Below the pieces are notes generated by a model, which was not told the origin of the DNA, did not search any database, and saw nothing but the letters and a program-made list of their open reading frames with translations. Made by a program: the position numbers and the translations under genes. A stretch of 63,529 bases of DNA, counting the filler, from Octopus bimaculoides (Eukaryota): NCBI RefSeq assembly GCF_001194135.2. It is 4 parts of 3 records of this genome, joined end to end, with 100 filler letters (N's around TTAATTAATTAA, not from the genome) between each part and the next. Parts side by side here need not be neighbours in the genome. Positions count along the whole stretch, not along the records: positions 59,069 to 63,529 come from NC_069006.1; 3 more parts are not named here. The stretch is one strand, 5' to 3'. Every line of letters begins with the position of its first letter. Position 1 is the stretch's first letter. Shown piece after piece: positions 59,069 to 63,529 of this stretch.

Positions 59069-62000
59069 TTCGTATGTACGTCCGTTCGTTCGTTCTTTTG
59101 TTCCTTCGTTCTATCATTCCATCGTTTGATCCTTCCTTCGTTCGTTCAATCGTTCGTACGTACGTACGATCGTTCGTTCAATCTTTCCTTCATTCGTTCG
59201 ATCTTTCGTATGTACGTACGTTCGTTCGTTCTTTTGTTCCTTCGTTCTATCATTCCATCGTTTGATCCTTCCTTCATTCGTTCAATCGTTCGTTCTATAC
59301 TACGTACGTACGTACGTTCGTGATTTCGATGGTTCGTTCGTTCGTTCATTTGTTCGTTCCTACGTACGTTCGTAATTACGTTCGTTCGTTCGTACTTACG
59401 TACATTCGAAGAAACAAAAGAACGAACGAATGAACGAACGAACGAACGAACGAATGAAGGTGCGTACGAGCGAACGAACGAAAATCGAACATACGAATAA
59501 AAGAAAGAACGTACGTACGTACGTCAGTACGATCGTACAAACGTTATTACGTACGTACGTTCATTCTTTCGTTCGTTCGATCGTTCGTTCGATCATTAGA
59601 TCGTTCGTTCTTACGTACGTACGATCGTTCTTTCGTACGTACTTACGCAGGTTCGCTCGTTCCTACGTACGTACGTTCGTCCGTTCGTTAGATCGTTCAT
59701 TCTTATGTACGTACATACGTACGTTCGGTCGTTTTTTCGCACATACTTATGTTCGTTCGTTCGTTCCTACGTACGTTCGTTCGTTCGTACTTACGTCTCT
59801 ACGTGCGTACGTTCGTTCGTTCGTACGTAAGTACGTACGTTCGTTATTTCGATGGTTCGTTCGTTCGTTCGCTCGTTCGTTTATTCGTTCTTTCCTACGT
59901 ACGTTCGTTCGTTCGTACTTACGAACGTTCGAAGGAGCAAAAGAACGAACCAAAATACGTACATACGAACGAACCAACGAACAAAAGAACAAATGAAGGT
60001 CCGGACGAGCGAACGAACGAACAATCGAACGTACGAATAAAAGAAAGAACGTACGTACGAACGTAAGTACGAACGTAAGTACGAACGTAAGTACGAACGT
60101 AAGTACGAACGAATGAACGAACGAACGATCGAACGAACGAACAAAATAAAGAACGTACGTACGTAAGTACGAACGAACGAACGTTATTACGTACGTACGT
60201 TCTTTCTTTCGTTCGTTCGTTCGATCGTTCGTTCATTACATCGTTCGTTCGTACGTACGTACGATCGTTCGTTTCTACGTACGCTCGTTTGTTCGTTCTT
60301 CCTTACGTTTGTACGTGTGTACGTCCGTTCGTTCGTTCGTACGTACGTACGTACGTACGTACGTACGAACGTACGTCTGTTCGTTCATTCGTACTTACGT
60401 ACTTACTTTCGTTTTGTCGCTATTTCTTTCGTTCGTCTGTTCGTTAGATCGAACGAACGTACGTTCGTTCGTTCGTACTCACGTACGTTCGTTCGTTCAA
60501 TACTTCGTTCTTTCGTTCGATCGTTCGTACGCNNNNNNNNNNNNNNNNNNNNNNNNNNNNNNNNNNNNNNNNNNNNNNNNNNNNNNNNNNNNNNNNNNNN
60601 NNNNNNCCTACGTACGTTCGTTCGTTCATTCGTCCTTACGTTTGTACGTACGTACGTTCGTTCGCTCGTTCGTTCGTCCGTACGTACGTACGAACGTACT
60701 ATGTTCGTTCATTCGTACATACATACTTACTATCGTTTTGTCGCTATTTCTTTCGTTCGTTTGTTCGTTAGATCGTACGAACGTACGTTCGTTCGTTCAA
60801 TACTTCGTTCTTTCGTTCGATCGTTCGTACGCTCCTACGTTCGTTCGTTCGTTCGTTCTTTTGTTCCTTCGTTCGATCATTTCATCGCATGATCCTCCTT
60901 CGTTCGTTCTATTCTACGTCCGTACGTACGTTCGGTATTTCGATGGTTCGTTCGTTCATTCGTTCGTTCCTACGTACGTACGTACGTCAGTACGATCTAA
61001 CAAACGTTATTACGTACGTGCGTTCTTTCTTTCGTTCGTTAGATCGTTCGTTCCTACGTACGTGCGTTCGTTCGTCGTTACGTTTGTATGTACGTACGTA
61101 AGTACGATCGAACGAACGTTATTACGTACGCTCGTTCTTTCGTTCGTTCCTTCGATCGTTCGTTCGTTAGATCGTTCATTCGTACGTACGTACATACATA
61201 CGTACGTTCGGCCATTCTTTCGTACGTACTTATGTACGTTCGTTCGTTCCTACGTACGTTAGTTCCTACGTACGTTCGTTCCTACGTACGTTCGTTCTTT
61301 CGGTCTTACGTCTCTTCGTGTGTACGTTCGTTCGTTCATACGTACGTACGAACGTACGTCTGTTCGTTCATTCGTATTTACGTACGTGCGTTTTATTTTC
61401 GTTATTTCTTTCGTTCGTTTGTTCGTAAGTTTGTTCGAACGTATGTTCGGTCGTTCGTACTCACGTACGTGCGTTCGTTCAATCTTTCGTTCTTGCGTTC
61501 GATCGATCGCACGTACGTACGATCGTTCGTTCAATCTTTCGTTCGTTCGTTCGATCTTTCGTATGTACGTCCGTTCGTTCGTTCTTTTGTTCCTTCGTTC
61601 TATCATTCCATCGTTTGATCCTTCCTTCATTCGTTCAATCGTTCGTTCTATACTACGTACGTACGTACGTTCGTTATTTCGATGGTTCGTTCGTTCGTTC
61701 ATTTGTTCGTTCCTACGTACGTTAGTAATTACGTTCGTTCGTTCGTACTTACGCACATTCGAAGAAACAAAAGAACGAACGAATGAACGAACGAACGAAT
61801 GAAGGTACGTACGAGCGAACGAACGAACAATCGAACGTACGAATAAAACAAAGAACGTACGTACGTANNNNNNNNNNNNNNNNNNNNNNNNNNNNNNNNN
61901 NNNNNNNNNNNNNNNNNNNNNNNNNNNNNNNNNNNNNNNNNNNNNNNNNNNNNNNNNNNNNNNNNNNNNNNNNNNNNNNNNNNNNNNNNNNNNNNNNNNN

Positions 62001-63529
62001 NNNNNNNNNNNNNNNNNNNNNNNNNNNNNNNNNNNNNNNNNNNNNNNNNNNNNNNNNNNNNNNNNNNNNNNNNNNNNNNNNNNNNNNNNNNNNNNNNNNN
62101 NNNNNNNNNNNNNNNNNNNNNNNNNNNNNNNNNNNNNNNNNNNNNNNNNNNNNNNNNNNNNNNNNNNNNNNNNNNNNNNNNNNNNNNNNNNNNNNNNNNN
62201 NNNNNNNNNNNNNNNNNNNNNNNNNNNNNNNNNNNNNNNNNNNNNNNNNNNNNNNNNNNNNNNNNNNNNNNNNNNNNNNNNNNNNNNNNNNNNNNNNNNN
62301 NNNNNNNNNNNNNNNNNNNNNNNNNNNNNNNNNNNNNNNNNNNNNNNNNNNNNNNNNNNNNNNNNNNNNNNNNNNNNNNNNNNNNNNNNNNNNNNNNNNN
62401 NNNNNNNNNNNNNNNNNNNNNNNNNNNNNNNNNNNNNNNNNNNNNNNNNNNNNNNNNNNNNNNNNNNNNNNNNNNNNNNNGATCGTTCGTTCAATCTTTC
62501 CTTCATTCGTTCGATCTTTCGTATGTACGTACGTTCGTTCGTTCTTTTGTTCCTTCGTTCTATCATTCCATCGTTTGATCCTTCCTTCATTCGTTCAATC
62601 GTTCGTTCTATACTACGTACGTACGTACGTTCGTTATTTCGATGGTTCGTTCGTTCGTTCATTTGTTCGTTCCTACGTACGTTAGTAATTACGTTCGTTC
62701 GTTCGTACTTACGCACATTCGAAGAAACAAAAGAACGAACGAATGAACGAACGAACGAATGAAGGTACGTACGAGCGAACGAACGAACAATCGAACGTAC
62801 GAATAAAACAAAGAACGTACGTACGTAAGTACGAACTAACGAACGAACGAACGATCGAACGAACGAATAAAAGAGAGAACGTACGTACGTCAGTACGATC
62901 GAACGAACGAATAAAAGAGAGAACGTACGTACGTCAGTACGATCAAACCAACGTTATTACGTACGTAGTTCTTTCTTTCGTTCGTTGGACCGTTCGTTCG
63001 ATCGTTAGATCGTACGTTCTTACGTACGTACGATCGTTCTTTCGTACGTACATACGCACGTTCATTCGTTCCTACGTACGTTCGTTCGTCCTTATGTTTG
63101 TACCTGCGTACGTTCGTTCGTTCGTTCGTTCGTACGTACGTCCGTACAAACGTATGTCTGTTCGTTCATTCGAAATTACATACTTACTATCGTTTTGTCG
63201 CTATTTCTTTCGTTCGTTTGTTCGTTAGATCTTACGAATGTACGTTCGTTCGTTCGTACTCACGTACGTTCCTTCGTTCAATCTTTCGTTCTTTCGTTCG
63301 ATCGTTCGTTCGTTCTTTTGTTCCTTCGTTCAATCATTTCATCGTTTGATCCTTCCTTCGTTCGTTCTATTCTACGTACGTACGTACGTTCGTTATTTCG
63401 ATGGTTCGTTCGTTCATTCGCTCGTTCGTTGGCTCGTTCGTTCATTCGTTCGTTCCTACGTACGTTCGTAATTACGTTCGTTCGTTCGTAATTACGTACG
63501 TTCGAAGGAACAAAAGAACGAACGAAAGC
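59069..63529. repeat. Complex CpG-rich satellite of TTCG/CGAA/TACG tetramers with higher-order repeats
   Basis: Blocks at 59168, 61521 and 62481 are near-identical over about 350 bp; strand polarity alternates. Confidence 0.95.

Noticed and set aside
59074-63491. RSFV/ERTN-rich ORFs as repetitive proteins
   Set aside because: Stop-poor translations of a tetranucleotide satellite, open on both strands.
1-63529. CRISPR arrays, operons or prokaryotic systems
   Set aside because: Spliceosomal introns, SINEs and microsatellites show the DNA is eukaryotic; no repeat-spacer array was seen.

Overview
AT-rich, gap-ridden eukaryotic (animal) genomic DNA dominated by transposon relics and microsatellites. 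The repeat families look like those I recall from Octopus, but this is an inference from recall, not a database result. The only well-supported host gene is a + strand cytosolic sulfotransferase (Sulfotransfer_1/SULT family) with three internal coding exons (1752-2069, 3770-3867, 7127-7304) whose splice phases fit together; its first and last exons are not visible. A possible first coding exon with an N-terminal PIP-box-like motif (UNG2/MSH6-like) lies on the - strand at 18687-18761. Mobile DNA includes R4/Dong-type, RTE-type and ORF1-only retroelements; mariner, Merlin, Chapaev-like, hAT, piggyBac-like and MITE relics; and several tRNA-derived SINE families. The most interesting signals are minimal hammerhead-ribozyme-like motifs (one family attached to a tRNA-like head), telomere-motif arrays inside inverted-repeat elements, an ORF1-only poly(A) retroelement, and a CpG-saturated strand-flipping satellite at the right end. 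Most ORFs in the supplied track are artefacts of N-runs or microsatellites.
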